DNA of 64,000 bases from NCBI GenBank assembly GCA_963703225.1, contig OY969801.1, positions 2,240,001-2,304,000 on the forward strand, read 5' to 3'. A program made the position numbers and the translations under genes. The DNA comes from Candidatus Eiseniibacteriota bacterium. GTDB lineage: Bacteria; Eisenbacteria; RBG-16-71-46; SZUA-252. Position 1 is the first letter of the stretch, and the number at the start of each line of letters is the position of its first letter. Positions 38,255 to 49,586 of this stretch are shown in pieces. A model generated the notes under the pieces. The model had not been told where the DNA came from, did no database searches, and saw nothing but the letters and a program-made list of their open reading frames with translations.

Positions 38255-39160
38255 CTACCGCTCCGCGAGCAGAGCCCGCTTGGCCCTGAAGAGCTCGCGG
38301 AGCCGCGCCGCGTCCACCCGCGGATACCGGAGATTCAACGAGGCCAACGCGTCGATGATGGCCGAGCTCACGACGACGCGGGTAAACCATTTGTTGTCGG
38401 CCGGGACGACGTACCAGGGCGCATCTTCGGTGGCCGTGTTTCGGATCGCGTCCTCGTAGGCGGACATGTAGTCCTTCCAATGCATCCGCTCCCGCACGTC
38501 CGCCGGTGAGAACTTCCAATTCTTCTCCGGAAGGTTGATCCGCTCCAGAAAGCGCCGCTTCTGCTCGGCCCGCGAGACATGGAGAAAGAACTTCCGCACC
38601 ACGACCCCGTTCTCTCCGAGGTAGCGCTCGAAGCCTCGAATATCTCGGAATCGGCTCTGCCAGATTTTCTTCGTGACGAGCTCGGGCGGCAGCATCTGCC
38701 TTCGAAGAAGCTCCTCGTGCACCCGAACGACAAGAACCTCCTCGTAGTACGACCGATTGAAGATACCGATCCTTCCCCGCTCCGGGAGCTGCTTGGCGCA
38801 CCGCCAGAGGAAATCGTGATCGAGCTCCTCCGCGGAGGGAGCCTTGAATGAAACCACGTGGCAGCCCTGCGGGTTGACCCCCGACATGACGTGCTTGATG
38901 GCTCCGTCCTTGCCCGCGGCGTCCATCGCCTGAAAGATGAGGAGGAGACCCCACCGGTCCTGGGCGTAGAGCATGTCCTGCAGCTCTGCCAGCGCCTGGA
39001 TGCCGACCTGCATGGTTTCCTTGACGCGCGGCCTATCCTCGGCGTGAAGGGATCCGGTGTCGCGCGGGTCCAAATCCCTAAGACGAAATCGCCGGCCGTC
39101 GGTGACCCGGAAGGGGCGCGACAGATCGCGCGCCCGCTTGATGAGGGCCTTGGGTTTCAC
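38255..39160 (-). CDS. ppk2: Polyphosphate kinase 2 family protein
   Basis: QAMDAAGKDG Walker A, FNRSYYE, KNWKFS, PWYVVPADNKW. Confidence 0.95.
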   Translation of the reverse strand: MKPKALIKRARDLSRPFRVTDGRRFRLRDLDPRDTGSLHAEDRPRVKETMQVGIQALAELQDMLYAQDRWGLLLIFQAMDAAGKDGAIKHVMSGVNPQGCHVVSFKAPSAEELDHDFLWRCAKQLPERGRIGIFNRSYYEEVLVVRVHEELLRRQMLPPELVTKKIWQSRFRDIRGFERYLGENGVVVRKFFLHVSRAEQKRRFLERINLPEKNWKFSPADVRERMHWKDYMSAYEDAIRNTATEDAPWYVVPADNKWFTRVVVSSAIIDALASLNLRYPRVDAARLRELFRAKRALLAER

Positions 39161-39199
39161 GTCGCGTCAGATCTCCGCGTTGTCGCCGGACCGCTTCTC

Positions 39200-39796
39200 T
39201 TATCGAACCGCGACCGTGAAGCGCAGGGCCCGCTCCGGAACGTCCTTGGACCACGGCGGCAGGTACTCCAGCCGGACCGTCTGCTCGCCGGGCTTGACCG
39301 CTCTGAATTTCCAGGACTCCGTGCCGGTATCGCCCCCGTTCCCCTTCTTGGAGGCCGCCGGTGTGTAAACGGGGTCCCCCTCGCGCCGGAGCGCGCTCCC
39401 ACCGGTATCCCGCATCACCCATTGGTAGCCGTTGCCCCGGCTGGCGCGGAGCTTGACGAGGACCAAATCGCCGGGGTGAAGCTGGAGGTACTTGCCGTTG
39501 TCGGCCTCCGTCAAGAACCACCCTCCTGCGTTCTTGTGCCCCGTGGACTTGGCGCCGGCGGCGCTCGCGGACTTGGCGCTGCCGGTCCCCGCTGCAGTCC
39601 CTTTGGTGCCGGTAGCACTGCTGCCGGTGGACTTGCCGGAGGTGGTCTTGGCGCCGCCCTTGGCGGCCGTCGACGAGTGACCGGACCCCTGTCCTCCCGA
39701 TGCCTTCTTGGTCTCCGCTTTCTGCGAGTTGCCACAACCGGCGTTCGCCGCGAGAACGACCGCGGCGCAGATGAGAATCCGGCGATACAGTGTCAC
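39200..39796 (-). CDS. Lipoprotein with protease inhibitor I42 (chagasin) domain
   Basis: Lipobox NAGC, low-complexity linker, GNGYQW...WKFRAVKPG...EYLPPW. Confidence 0.8.
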   Translation of the reverse strand: MTLYRRILICAAVVLAANAGCGNSQKAETKKASGGQGSGHSSTAAKGGAKTTSGKSTGSSATGTKGTAAGTGSAKSASAAGAKSTGHKNAGGWFLTEADNGKYLQLHPGDLVLVKLRASRGNGYQWVMRDTGGSALRREGDPVYTPAASKKGNGGDTGTESWKFRAVKPGEQTVRLEYLPPWSKDVPERALRFTVAVR

Positions 39797-41027
39797 GATC
39801 TGCCTCCTTTTGTCCGTCCCTGACGAACAACCTCCTCCAGCGCATCCATCGCGGCTTCGAGCTGTCGGTCGGAAAGGTACGGTGCGGGACCCAGCCGAAG
39901 CAAGTCGCCGCGATGATCGGTGAGCACGCCGCGATCGTGAAGCATCCCGTAGAATTGTCCCGCTTGGGGGGCCCGGAGCGATAGAAAGCCACCGATCTGT
40001 TCCATCGGCGTGGCACGGTCCCTCGAGATGACCTTCGGGTCGGCGTCGAGCGCGTCGAACCGGCGCGCCAAGAGCCCGACTTGATGCTGGCTCACCGCGC
40101 GCAACAGGTCCGGCGTGAGGCGCTGCTCCTCGAAGAAGTCGAACACCCTCGAGGCGCGGTAATGGCTCGTCGGCTCGTACGTGGCCCCGGCCCACCGCGC
40201 CGGACCCTCGCCGTACTGCACACCCCGTCCCGGACCCGGAAACAGGTTCGCGAATTCGCTGAACCATCCCGTCAGCACGGGCCGGAGATCCTCCCGGCCC
40301 GGCGGAACCCGAAGATAGGCGTTTCCTTCGCCCAGCTGGCAATACTTATAGCCGCCGCCGACGATAAACGCCCCCTCCAGCCCGTCCGGCCCGATCGACA
40401 TCGGCACGATGTTCGCCTGATGGTATGCGTCCACGAGGAGCTCGGCACCGACCCGGCGGCAGGCCTCGAGCACGGAGCCTAAATTCCCCACGATGTGCGC
40501 GTTCCCGAATAGAACGGACGACGCAAGCACGGCCGCCGTCCGGTTGTTCACGGCCCCACGCAGCCGCTCGGCGACGGCATTCGCCGGCTCCGCGCTCACC
40601 TTGACCACTTCGATGATCTGCTCCTCGGCCAGGCGGTCGAGCTGGCGGCGGATCGTGTGGAATTCCCCGTCGGTGGTCACCAGGCGCGGCCGCTGCCGCA
40701 GGGGCAGCGCCGAAAGAAATCGGACGATCAATTCGTGGGTATTCTGGGCGAGCGCGATCTCGTCCTCGCGCGCCCCCAGGAGCCGCGCGTAGCCCTGCCG
40801 GACGCGTTGGGCCCTTTCACCGGCGCGCTCCCACTTGTCATCCACCAGGTCGGCGGCGTCGACCCAGGCGTCCACCTGCCCTTCGAACGCCACGTCGGGC
40901 CAGGCCTGATGCGAGTGGCCCGGTGAGGAGGAGCCGATCTTCGACCCGAAATCGCGAGTAATGGGCGGCCAGCGGGTTCGGGCTCCGGGTGAGGTCCTGG
41001 AGCGTCGGGCACGATGGCGAGGCTCAC
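39793..41027 (-). CDS. kynU: Kynureninase (PLP), N-terminus frameshifted
   Basis: GHSHQAW in an upstream frame, VDAYH, GGGYKY, TGWF; adjacent to kynA. Confidence 0.8.
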
Positions 41028-41806
41028 AGGTCCGTCCGGATCGCCCAGAGATCGGGAAATATCGGCTTGTTGAGGGTGGTCATTAGATATTCCGCTCCCT
41101 CCGATCCCCCGGTGCCTCGGCGCGTTCCGATCGTTCGCTGCACCATCTTGACGTGCCGGTAGCGCCATTCTTGAAGTCCCTCGTCCAGATCGACCAGACG
41201 CTCGCAGATCGAGGCGACCGCCGGATCGCGGCGATAGACGTCGATCAGGATCGACTGGAGCGAAGGCGACAGCTCGATCGGGGCTGACACGTCCCGCTCC
41301 AGCTGCTCTCGGGGGACGGGGAACCCGGAGGCCGAAAGAAAGCGGAGGAACGAGTCCCAGAGCGTCGGCTCCGCGATCCGGCGCTCGAGACGGCGGTGGG
41401 GATCGCTCCCCGGGGCATATCGCTTGAGCGCCGCGGCGTTCTTCATCCCGAGCACAAATTCCAATTCCCGGAATTGAAACGACTGAAATCCGCTCCCCGA
41501 CTCCAACCGCTCGCGGAACGAGAGGAATTCGAGCGGGGTCATGGTCTCCAGCACGTCGATCTGGGCGACCACGACTTTCAAAATGGTGAGCACGCGCTTG
41601 AGCGTATGGAGCGCGCGGGGAGCGTCCCTCCGCTCGAGCAGCGCCTTGAGGTAGTCCACCTCGTGGATCAGCTCCTTGAACCAAAGCTCGTAGACCTGAT
41701 GGATCACGATGAAAAGGGTCTCGTCGTGCTCGGGCCCATCCGATAGCGGCCGCTGCAGCGAGAGAAGCTCTTCGAGCTTGAGGTAGCTGGAGTACGTGAC
41801 GCCCAT
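41024..41806 (-). CDS. kynA: Tryptophan 2,3-dioxygenase
   Basis: HDETLFIVIHQVYELWFK, SGFQSFQFR, WRYRH, GTGGS. Confidence 0.96.
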   Translation of the reverse strand: MGVTYSSYLKLEELLSLQRPLSDGPEHDETLFIVIHQVYELWFKELIHEVDYLKALLERRDAPRALHTLKRVLTILKVVVAQIDVLETMTPLEFLSFRERLESGSGFQSFQFRELEFVLGMKNAAALKRYAPGSDPHRRLERRIAEPTLWDSFLRFLSASGFPVPREQLERDVSAPIELSPSLQSILIDVYRRDPAVASICERLVDLDEGLQEWRYRHVKMVQRTIGTRRGTGGSEGAEYLMTTLNKPIFPDLWAIRTDL

Positions 41807-41813
41807 CGCAGCC

Positions 41814-44075
41814 TCAGGTGAACCGGGGTCGGAAATTGTTGAGCGACTCGTACGGGTCGGGCCACGTCAACGGATGCCCCAGCTCGTACGCCGCGTGCCG
41901 CGTCCAGTATGGATCCCAGAGGTGAGCGCGAGCCAGGAGGCAGAGATCGGCCCGGCCCGCGGCGAGGATCGTGTTCACGTCGGCGTAGGAGGAGATATTC
42001 CCCACCGCCATGGTCGCGATCCCCACCTCATGCCGGATCCGATCCGCGAACGGCGTCTGGAAGAGCCGCCCGTAAACCGGGCGCTGGTCGGCCACCGTCT
42101 GCCCGGCGGAGACGTCGACGACGTCGCATCCGTGATCCCGGAGCATCCGCGCCACGCCCACCGCGTCCTCGGGGCCGTGCCCCCCGGGATACCAGTCGAC
42201 GGCCGAGATGCGCACCGACATCGGCCGTTCCTGCGGCCACGCCGCGCGCACCGCGTCGAACACCTCGAGCGGGAACCGCATCCGGTTCTCCAGCGATCCG
42301 CCGTAGATATCGGACCGTCGGTTGGTGAGCGGTGAAATGAAGCTCGCGAGCAGGTAGCCATGGGCCATGTGGATCTCCAGCATGTCGAACCCGGCCGTGA
42401 CCGCGAGCCCAGCGGCCCGCGCGTAATCGGCGACCACTCGGTCCATGTCCGCGCGCGTCATCTCCTTGGGCACCTGGCTTTGCGGATAATAGGGGATCGC
42501 GGAGGGCGCGACGATCGGCCAGTTGCCCGACGGCAGGGGCTCGTTGTCCCCCTCCCAGGAGCGCCGGGTCGATGCCTTCCGTCCCGCGTGCCCCAGCTGC
42601 ATCGCGACCTTCGCCTGGGAATGGCCGTGAATGAACTCGACGATCCGTTTCCAGGCGGCCGCGTGCGCCGGCGAGTAGATCCCCGTGCACCCCGGGGAGA
42701 TGCGCGCTTCCGGGCTCACGTCGGTCATCTCCGCGAACACGAGCCCCGCCCCGCCGATGGCCCGGGAGCCGAGGTGAACGAGGTGCCAGTCGTTGGGCAT
42801 CCCGTCGACCGCCGAATACTGGCACATGGGCGAGACGGCGACACGGTTCGCCAACCGGAGATCGCGCAGGCGAAGCGGCGTGAACATCGGCGGCGGCGCG
42901 CCGGCCGCCGCGACGGGGGCACCGGGCGCCCCGGCCTTCCGCGCCGCTTCCGCGGCAAACCAACCGTCGACCGCGGCGACGAACTTCGGGTCCCGCTCCT
43001 TCAGATTCTGATGTGTCACCCGAAGACTCCGGGTCAACAGGGCGAACGCGAACTGGATCGGCTCGAGCTTCATGTAGCGCTCCGTGTCCTCGAACCACTG
43101 GAGCGAAGCCTGCGCGGCGCGCTGCAAGCTCTCGACCGGGGGCCGACGTGCCGCCTCGTACGCGGCGAGGGCGGACGGAATGTCGGGCTGGCCCTTCAGG
43201 GCATCGACGAGGGCGATGGCGTCTTCCATCGCGAGCTTGGTCCCGGAGCCGACCGAGAAATGGGCGGTATGCGCCGCGTCGCCGGCCAAAACCACGTTCC
43301 CGTGGTGCCAGCGCTCATTTCGGATCGTCGGAAAGCTCCTCCAGACCGACCGGTTCGAGAGAAGGCGGTGGCCGTCCAGCTCCTCCGCGAACAAGCGCTC
43401 GCAGAAGGCGATCGTCTCCGCTTCGGTGGCCCGTTCCAGTCCCGCGGCGCGCCAGGTCGGTTCGCGCGCCTCGACGATGAAGGTCGAGTGGGTTCGATCG
43501 TACTGGTAGGCGTGCACCCGCCACAGCCCATGTGCGTCGCCTTTGAAATAGAAGGTGAACGCCGGGAACGGCTTCGTCGTGCCGAGCCAGACGAACCGGT
43601 TGGGCCGGATGTCCACGGAGGGATGAAAGTGATCGCGATAGCGCTCGCGGACCAGAGAGTTGGCGCCGTCCGAGGCGATCACGATGTCGGCATCGCGCAC
43701 CTGCTCGGGATCGACCACCTCGCGCTGAAAACAGACCTTGGCGCCGACTTCCTGGCATCGGTCGGCCAAGATCTGGAGCAGGACCCGTCGCGACAGCCCC
43801 GAAAACCCGTGGCCCCCCGAAGTCAGCGTGGCTCCTTGATAGTGGACCTCGATATCGTCCCACCGGTGGCAGCGGGCCGCCATCGCGTCGGTGACGGCGG
43901 GATCCGCGTGCGCCAACGCCTCCTCGGTCGCGTCCGAGAAGACGACGCCGAATCCGAAGGTGTCGTCGAGGCGGTTTCGCTCGTAGACCTCCACCTGGTG
44001 CCCCGGATCGGCCTTCTTGAGGAGGATGGCCAAGAAGAGCCCGGCGGGCCCACCGCCGATGCAGACGGCCCTCAC
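41814..44075 (-). CDS. abmA: 2-aminobenzoyl-CoA monooxygenase/reductase (bifunctional salicylyl-CoA 5-hydroxylase/oxidoreductase)
   Basis: [10 protein letters not shown] domain, [21 protein letters not shown], old-yellow-enzyme domain SPMCQYSA...HMAHGYLL. Confidence 0.9.
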   Translation of the reverse strand: MRAVCIGGGPAGLFLAILLKKADPGHQVEVYERNRLDDTFGFGVVFSDATEEALAHADPAVTDAMAARCHRWDDIEVHYQGATLTSGGHGFSGLSRRVLLQILADRCQEVGAKVCFQREVVDPEQVRDADIVIASDGANSLVRERYRDHFHPSVDIRPNRFVWLGTTKPFPAFTFYFKGDAHGLWRVHAYQYDRTHSTFIVEAREPTWRAAGLERATEAETIAFCERLFAEELDGHRLLSNRSVWRSFPTIRNERWHHGNVVLAGDAAHTAHFSVGSGTKLAMEDAIALVDALKGQPDIPSALAAYEAARRPPVESLQRAAQASLQWFEDTERYMKLEPIQFAFALLTRSLRVTHQNLKERDPKFVAAVDGWFAAEAARKAGAPGAPVAAAGAPPPMFTPLRLRDLRLANRVAVSPMCQYSAVDGMPNDWHLVHLGSRAIGGAGLVFAEMTDVSPEARISPGCTGIYSPAHAAAWKRIVEFIHGHSQAKVAMQLGHAGRKASTRRSWEGDNEPLPSGNWPIVAPSAIPYYPQSQVPKEMTRADMDRVVADYARAAGLAVTAGFDMLEIHMAHGYLLASFISPLTNRRSDIYGGSLENRMRFPLEVFDAVRAAWPQERPMSVRISAVDWYPGGHGPEDAVGVARMLRDHGCDVVDVSAGQTVADQRPVYGRLFQTPFADRIRHEVGIATMAVGNISSYADVNTILAAGRADLCLLARAHLWDPYWTRHAAYELGHPLTWPDPYESLNNFRPRFT

Positions 44076-45226
44076 GTCGTGGCTTCCTTCATCAGCGCGT
44101 CGGCGATGACCAGGTGCTGGATCTCGGTGGTCCCCTCGTAGATCCGGAGCGCCCTCACCGATCGGTAGAGCCGATCCACCGGGTGGGATCGAAGCACGCC
44201 CGATCCGCCGAGGATCTGGACCGCGTCGTCCACGATCCGCTGCGCCGCCTCGGTGGCGAACGCCTTCGCCATCGCCGCTTCCAGGGTCACCCGCTCGGCA
44301 CCCTGATCGGCGGCCCACGCCGCGCGGTAGGTAAGGAGGCGCGCCGCCGTGAGATCGGTGGCCATTCTCGCGAGCTTCTCCTGGATGAGCTGAAATTCGG
44401 AGAGGGGTTTCCCGAACTGCGCCCGCCCCCTCGCGTGCCGGACCGCTTCTTCGAGCGCGCGCGCCGCCATCCCGCACGCGGCCGCACCCACCGTGGCGCG
44501 GAGCCGGTCGAGGGTCTTCAGGCCGAGGGCAAACCCGCGTCCCTCGTCGCCGAGCCGATTCTCCGCGGGCACGCGGCACTCCTCGAACTCGATCTCGCCG
44601 AGCGGGTGCGCGGCCGAAAGGATCTGCGGGCCCCGGAACGCGACGCCGCGCGCGTCGGCGGGGACGACGAAGCAGGAGATCCCCTTGCTTCCCGCCTTGG
44701 GCTCGGTCGAGGCGAAGACGCTGTAGAAATCGGCGATTCCCGCGTTCGAGATCAACGTCTTGGAGCCGTTCAGCACGTAGCTCCCGCCGTCGCGTCGCGC
44801 GGTGGTCGCGATGGCCGCGACGTCGGAGCCCGCGCCCCGTTCGGTCATCGCGAAGGCGCCCATCGCCCGGCCGCTGATCGCGTCGGCGGCCCACCGAGCG
44901 CGCATCGCGTCGTTTCCGGAAAGCAGGATCGCGACGGTCCCGAGCCCCTGGAGCGCGAAGACCGCATCGGCGAGCGGGGATGCGGCGGCGAGCGACTCGC
45001 GGACGATGCAGCAGCCGCGCCAATCCTGCGCGCCGATCGGCTGAAGCCACCCCGCGCCGCCCAGCTCGAGGAGCAGCGATCTCGCTTCGCGGCGCGCCGC
45101 GGCGTCGTCCTCGGGCTCCGGACGCGGCGCGATTTTCCGCGCGGCGTACTCACCCACCTGCGGCGCGAGCGCGGCGTGGCGCTCCTCGAGGAAGGGGCGG
45201 ATCGGCCGGAGGTCCGGGATCGGCAT
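44072..45226 (-). CDS. Acyl-CoA dehydrogenase (AbmD-like)
   Basis: [38 protein letters not shown]. Confidence 0.92.
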   Translation of the reverse strand: MPIPDLRPIRPFLEERHAALAPQVGEYAARKIAPRPEPEDDAAARREARSLLLELGGAGWLQPIGAQDWRGCCIVRESLAAASPLADAVFALQGLGTVAILLSGNDAMRARWAADAISGRAMGAFAMTERGAGSDVAAIATTARRDGGSYVLNGSKTLISNAGIADFYSVFASTEPKAGSKGISCFVVPADARGVAFRGPQILSAAHPLGEIEFEECRVPAENRLGDEGRGFALGLKTLDRLRATVGAAACGMAARALEEAVRHARGRAQFGKPLSEFQLIQEKLARMATDLTAARLLTYRAAWAADQGAERVTLEAAMAKAFATEAAQRIVDDAVQILGGSGVLRSHPVDRLYRSVRALRIYEGTTEIQHLVIADALMKEATT

Positions 45227-46026
45227 CAGCGGAAGTTCGGCTCCCGCTTGGCGCGGAACGCCTCGTAGGCCTCGCGGAAGTTCGGATGCTCCATCAGCTC
45301 GGCCTGGACGTCCGCCTCGTGGACGAGCGCGGCCTCCAGATCGAGGGTGAACTCGGCGTCGAGAGCGGCCTTGGTGACCGCGAGGGCCGCCGCGGGCCCG
45401 CGCGCGAGCTTCTCGGCGAGCGCGGTCGCTTCCACGAGCGCCCGACCGTCGGCCACCAGGCGCTGGTAAAGGCCGATCTCGTGCGCCCGCTTCGCGTCGA
45501 TGAACTCGCCGGTCATCAAGAGCTCGGCCGCGCGGCCGACGCCCACGAGCCGCGGCAGAAGCCACGAGGCGCCCATGTCGGCGCCGGAGAGTCCGACCCG
45601 GACGAAGAGAAACGCGATCTTCGCCGACTCGGCCGCGATCCGGATGTCGCACGCCGAGGCGATCACGGCTCCCGCGCCGGCCACGGTGCCGTTGAGCGCC
45701 GCGATCACAGGCCGACGGCAGCGGCGAATGTTGAGAATCAGATCGCAGGTCATCCGCGTGAATTCGCGGAGCCCGGCTGCGTCTCGCGCGAAGAGCGCTC
45801 CGATAATTTCCTCGACGTCTCCCCCGGAGCAGAACGCGCGCCCCGCGCCGGTGAGCACCACCGCCCGGACGCCCGGCTCGGTGTCGAGCGCACGGAAGAG
45901 ATCGCGAAGCTCTGCGTAGACGTCGAAGGTGAGAGCGTTCAGCCGGTCGGGCCGATTCAGGGTGATGGTCGCGACGCCGGTATCGGTCTTCTGCTCGTAG
46001 CGAAACGAGCGGGCCGAGAGCGCCAC
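45226..46026 (-). CDS. Enoyl-CoA hydratase family (AbmC-like)
   Basis: LNRPDRLNAL, AFCSGGD, GLSGADMGA. Confidence 0.92.
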   Translation of the reverse strand: MALSARSFRYEQKTDTGVATITLNRPDRLNALTFDVYAELRDLFRALDTEPGVRAVVLTGAGRAFCSGGDVEEIIGALFARDAAGLREFTRMTCDLILNIRRCRRPVIAALNGTVAGAGAVIASACDIRIAAESAKIAFLFVRVGLSGADMGASWLLPRLVGVGRAAELLMTGEFIDAKRAHEIGLYQRLVADGRALVEATALAEKLARGPAAALAVTKAALDAEFTLDLEAALVHEADVQAELMEHPNFREAYEAFRAKREPNFR

Positions 46027-46027
46027 G

Positions 46028-46438
46028 CTAGGAGCCTCCGCCGATCACCGCGGTGGCTTCGATTTCGACCACGCAGCCTGGAGCGACGAGGCCCTTCACC
46101 TCCACCATCGCGACCGCTGGGTAATACGTTTGAAATCGGGCGCGCCACTCCTCGCCGAGCGGCTTGACCCCGCCGTGATAGGCGTTGAGATCGGTCGTGT
46201 AGATCGTGAGCCGGGCGATGTCGGTGGGCTTTCCCCCCGCGGCGCGGACCACCGCGAGCACCTTGTCCAGTGCCCGCGCGAACTGGTCGACGAATCCGGG
46301 TGGGCGTCCCTGGGCCGTCTCCTCCCATCCCGCCTGGCCCGCCACGAACAGGATTCGCCCGCCCGCGGGAGCGAGGATGCCATTGTTCCACCCCCTGTGC
46401 TCGCCCAGCTCCTTGGGGTTTAGGATCTCGAAGGTCAT
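46028..46438 (-). CDS. RidA/YjgF family protein (AbmF-like)
   Basis: LFVAGQ, YYPAVAMVEVKGL, VEIEATAV. Confidence 0.9.
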   Translation of the reverse strand: MTFEILNPKELGEHRGWNNGILAPAGGRILFVAGQAGWEETAQGRPPGFVDQFARALDKVLAVVRAAGGKPTDIARLTIYTTDLNAYHGGVKPLGEEWRARFQTYYPAVAMVEVKGLVAPGCVVEIEATAVIGGGS

Positions 46439-47220
46439 GACGTGCGAACACCTCCCTTGAGGACGACGGCTTCACCGTTCACCCCCACCGACTCGGCCTG
46501 GCAGAGGCGGAGCACCGCCGCCGCCACCTCCTCGGGGGTGATGAGCCGATCCTGCCCGGTGGTGGCGAGAACCGCCGCGAGCGCCAGGTCCCGGGAAAGG
46601 CCGGCGCGCGATTCGACCAGCGCCAGCGTGCGGTCGGTCATCTGCGTGTCCACGTAGCCCGGGCAGATCGCGTTCACCGTCACCCCGCTTCCCGCGAACT
46701 CCACCGCCAAGGACTTGGTGAAGCCGACCACGGCGTGTTTGGCCGCGCTGTAGTGGGCGATGTACTTGGCCCCCTCGAGCCCGGCGATCGACGCCACGTT
46801 GACCACCCGGCCCCAGCCGCGCTCCAGCATCGCGGGGGTGAACTCCCGCGAACAGAGAAAGGTCGACGTGGCGTTCACCTGGAGCATCCGGTTCCACTCA
46901 TCGAGGGTAATCCGGCGTAACGGCGCCGAAGCCGAGGCCCCGGCATTGTTCACCAAGATGTCCACGGAACCCAGGTGGTAGCGGGCCGCGTCCCCCAGCC
47001 GTCTCACGCTCTGCTCCTCGGTCGCGTCGAAGGCGACGCCCCACGCGTTTAAGCCGCGTGCTCGAAGCTCCCCCGCCGTCTTCTCCACTTCCGCGGCGGT
47101 CCGGGCCGCCACGACGACGCCGGCCCCCGCTTCCGCGAGAGCGAGCGCGACGGCCGCGCCGATGCCGCGCCCTCCCCCGGTGACGACGGCTCCCCTCCCA
47201 TCCAACGGGCCCGCGGTCAC
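46435..47220 (-). CDS. SDR family oxidoreductase (AbmB-like)
   Basis: TGGGRGIG, NNAG, YSAAK, ICPGYVDT. Confidence 0.92.
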   Translation of the reverse strand: MTAGPLDGRGAVVTGGGRGIGAAVALALAEAGAGVVVAARTAAEVEKTAGELRARGLNAWGVAFDATEEQSVRRLGDAARYHLGSVDILVNNAGASASAPLRRITLDEWNRMLQVNATSTFLCSREFTPAMLERGWGRVVNVASIAGLEGAKYIAHYSAAKHAVVGFTKSLAVEFAGSGVTVNAICPGYVDTQMTDRTLALVESRAGLSRDLALAAVLATTGQDRLITPEEVAAAVLRLCQAESVGVNGEAVVLKGGVRTS

Positions 47221-47984
47221 GCCGCACGCCCCTTGGTCAAAGCTCCGAGCACCGCGTCCGCCAGAATGGCGCCGAGCGTCTCGATGGTCGCCCTCCCCTC
47301 TTCCGCGGACGCGTCCGCGGGCCAGCCGAAATAGGCCCGCGGGCCTCCCGCGGCCGCGAACGATGTCTTTCCCTCGCGGATCGCGGTGGAGAGCGAGGCC
47401 GGGTTGGGCGGCAGGGTCCTTTGAATGCCTTCTTTCACCAGGTCGGGCCGGGCGGCAAGAACGATCGACCCTTCATAGCGCCCCGCGTGGCAAGCGCCGC
47501 TCTGAAACTCCTCGCTCAGTCGAGGCGCCCATGGCTTTTGGGTGAGATTCGGACAGATCAGGGAGAGGAGCCTTTCTTCGCGCGCCGCGGCCGCCGCTTC
47601 GGACAGCGCCTTCAAGTGCGCCGGATCCAGATGGGCGTTGGCGATCGCCAGCGCGGCGAAACCGTGGCGCGTCAGCTCGCGGCAGAGATCGACCACGAGG
47701 GCCGTGACGGTCGACGGGGCCAGCGAGAGCGTTCCCTCAAAGCCCGCGCCGAACGGGGCGGCGGTGAACGGAAGCGGCGGCAAGAGCAGGACCCCCATCC
47801 CCTGGGCGGCAATTCGGGAGGCCCCCGCGCGCGCCATCGCCTCGGCGATGACGACGTCGGTCGCGAGCGGGAGGTGGGGCCCGTGGGCCTCCATCGCGCC
47901 CACCGGGAGCACCGCCACGGTCTGCCCGCGGTCCAGATCGCGGACCTCCTCCCACGTCAACTCGGCCAGCTCGCGGATCGCCAT
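47217..47984 (-). CDS. Creatininase-family amidohydrolase
   Basis: LPVGAMEAHGPHLPLATD, NAH, HAGRYEGS. Confidence 0.9.
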   Translation of the reverse strand: MAIRELAELTWEEVRDLDRGQTVAVLPVGAMEAHGPHLPLATDVVIAEAMARAGASRIAAQGMGVLLLPPLPFTAAPFGAGFEGTLSLAPSTVTALVVDLCRELTRHGFAALAIANAHLDPAHLKALSEAAAAAREERLLSLICPNLTQKPWAPRLSEEFQSGACHAGRYEGSIVLAARPDLVKEGIQRTLPPNPASLSTAIREGKTSFAAAGGPRAYFGWPADASAEEGRATIETLGAILADAVLGALTKGRAA

Positions 47985-48064
47985 GGTCGGGAGCTCCCTG
48001 TGACTCCTCTGTTGCCACTCGCGCCGCGGGCGTACATCATGGGACGGCGTCCCACCAACTTACC

Positions 48065-49586
48065 ATGACCATTGAGCCGCCGGAACGCTTGAACATAGCG
48101 GATCATTTCCTCGATGCCCGGGTACGGGAAGGGCGGGGCTCGCGACCCGCGCTCCGGACCGACGCCGGCACGCTCTCCTATTCCGACGTCCAGGCTCTGG
48201 CCAATCGCTTCGGGAACGCGCTCACGGAAGCCGGGATCGAGCCGGAGCACCGGGTCCTCCTGGCGCTCCCGGACGGACCGGAGTTCGTGGCCGCGCTCTT
48301 CGGCACCCTCAAAGTGGGGGCGGTGGTCGTGATGGTGAACCCGGCGCTTCCGCCGGGCGAGATCGGTTACTTTCTCGAATACACGCGGGCGCGGGTCATC
48401 GTCACCCACAAGGACACCGCGGCCGCGTTCCAGGCGGCCGCGCGGGGATCGCGATTCGCGAAGGCCGTGCTGGTGGTGGGCGACGAAACCTTCGACCGCT
48501 CCGTGGCCCGCGCGCCGGCCTCGCTCGAGGTGTTCCCCTCGCACCGGGACGACCCCGCCATCTGGCTTTTCTCGGGCGGGACCACCGGCCGGCCCAAGGC
48601 GGTCATCCAGACGCACCGCTCCTTCGCGAATACCGCGGAGTGCTACGGCAAGGGCGTGATCGGGTACCGAGAGAGCGACGTGACCCTCTCCGTGCCCAAG
48701 CTCTACTTCGGGTACGCGACCGGGTCGAACCTCTTCTTTCCGTTCGCGGCGGGAGCCGCCGCGGCCCTCTTCCCCGAGGCGCCAACCGCCGAGATCCTCT
48801 TCCGGAGAATCGCCCAGTTTCGCCCGACGATCTTGATCAACGTCCCGACGATGATTCACAAGATGGTCTCCCATCCCGACGCCGGGGCGCAGGACTTCTC
48901 CTCGATTCGCCTCTCGACCTCGGCGGGAGAGGCGCTCCCGGTGGAGCTCCACGAGCGGTGGCGCGAGACGTTCGGCGTCGATCTTCTGGACGGGCTCGGG
49001 ACGGCCGAGATGTGGCACATCTTCATCTCCAACCGGCCGGGCCGCGCCAGGCCGGGCACCCTCGGCACCGTGGTGCCCGGCTTCGAGGTGAAGGTCTGTG
49101 ACGAAGAGGGCAAGGAGCTGGGCCGCGGCGAGACCGGATGGCTCTGGGTCCGCGGCGACTCGCGCGCGATCGCGTACTGGCAGCAGATGGAGAAGACGGC
49201 CCAGGGCTTCCGCGGCGAGTGGTACGTCTCGGGCGACCTCATCACGATGGACGGGGAAGGATATGTGACCTACTGCGGACGCGGGGACGAGATGCTCAAG
49301 GTCTCCGGCAAGTGGCTCGCGCCCCAGGAAGTGGAGGGGTGCCTCCTCCAGCACCCCGGGCGTCGTAGAGGCGGCGGTGGTCGGGGCCACCGACTCGAGC
49401 GGCCTCGTCAAGCCGAGGGCCTACGTCGTGCCCCGCGCGCGGAGGGACGGCCTCGATGAGGAGCTCAAGGCGTTTGTCCGAGAGCGCCTCGAGCCCTACA
49501 AGCATCCGCGCGAGGTGGTCTTCGTCGACTCGCTCCCGCGCACCCATCTGGGGAAGGTGGATCGGGGAAGGCTTCGGATTTCGTGA
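48065..49586 (+). CDS. Benzoate/2-aminobenzoate-CoA ligase, frameshift near 49357
   Basis: [36 protein letters not shown]-terminus [11 protein letters not shown] in the next frame. Confidence 0.88.

Noticed and set aside
41814..45050. 1078-aa fusion ORF
   Set aside because: The N-terminal 325 codons are an alternative frame of the acyl-CoA dehydrogenase; abmA starts at GTG 44075
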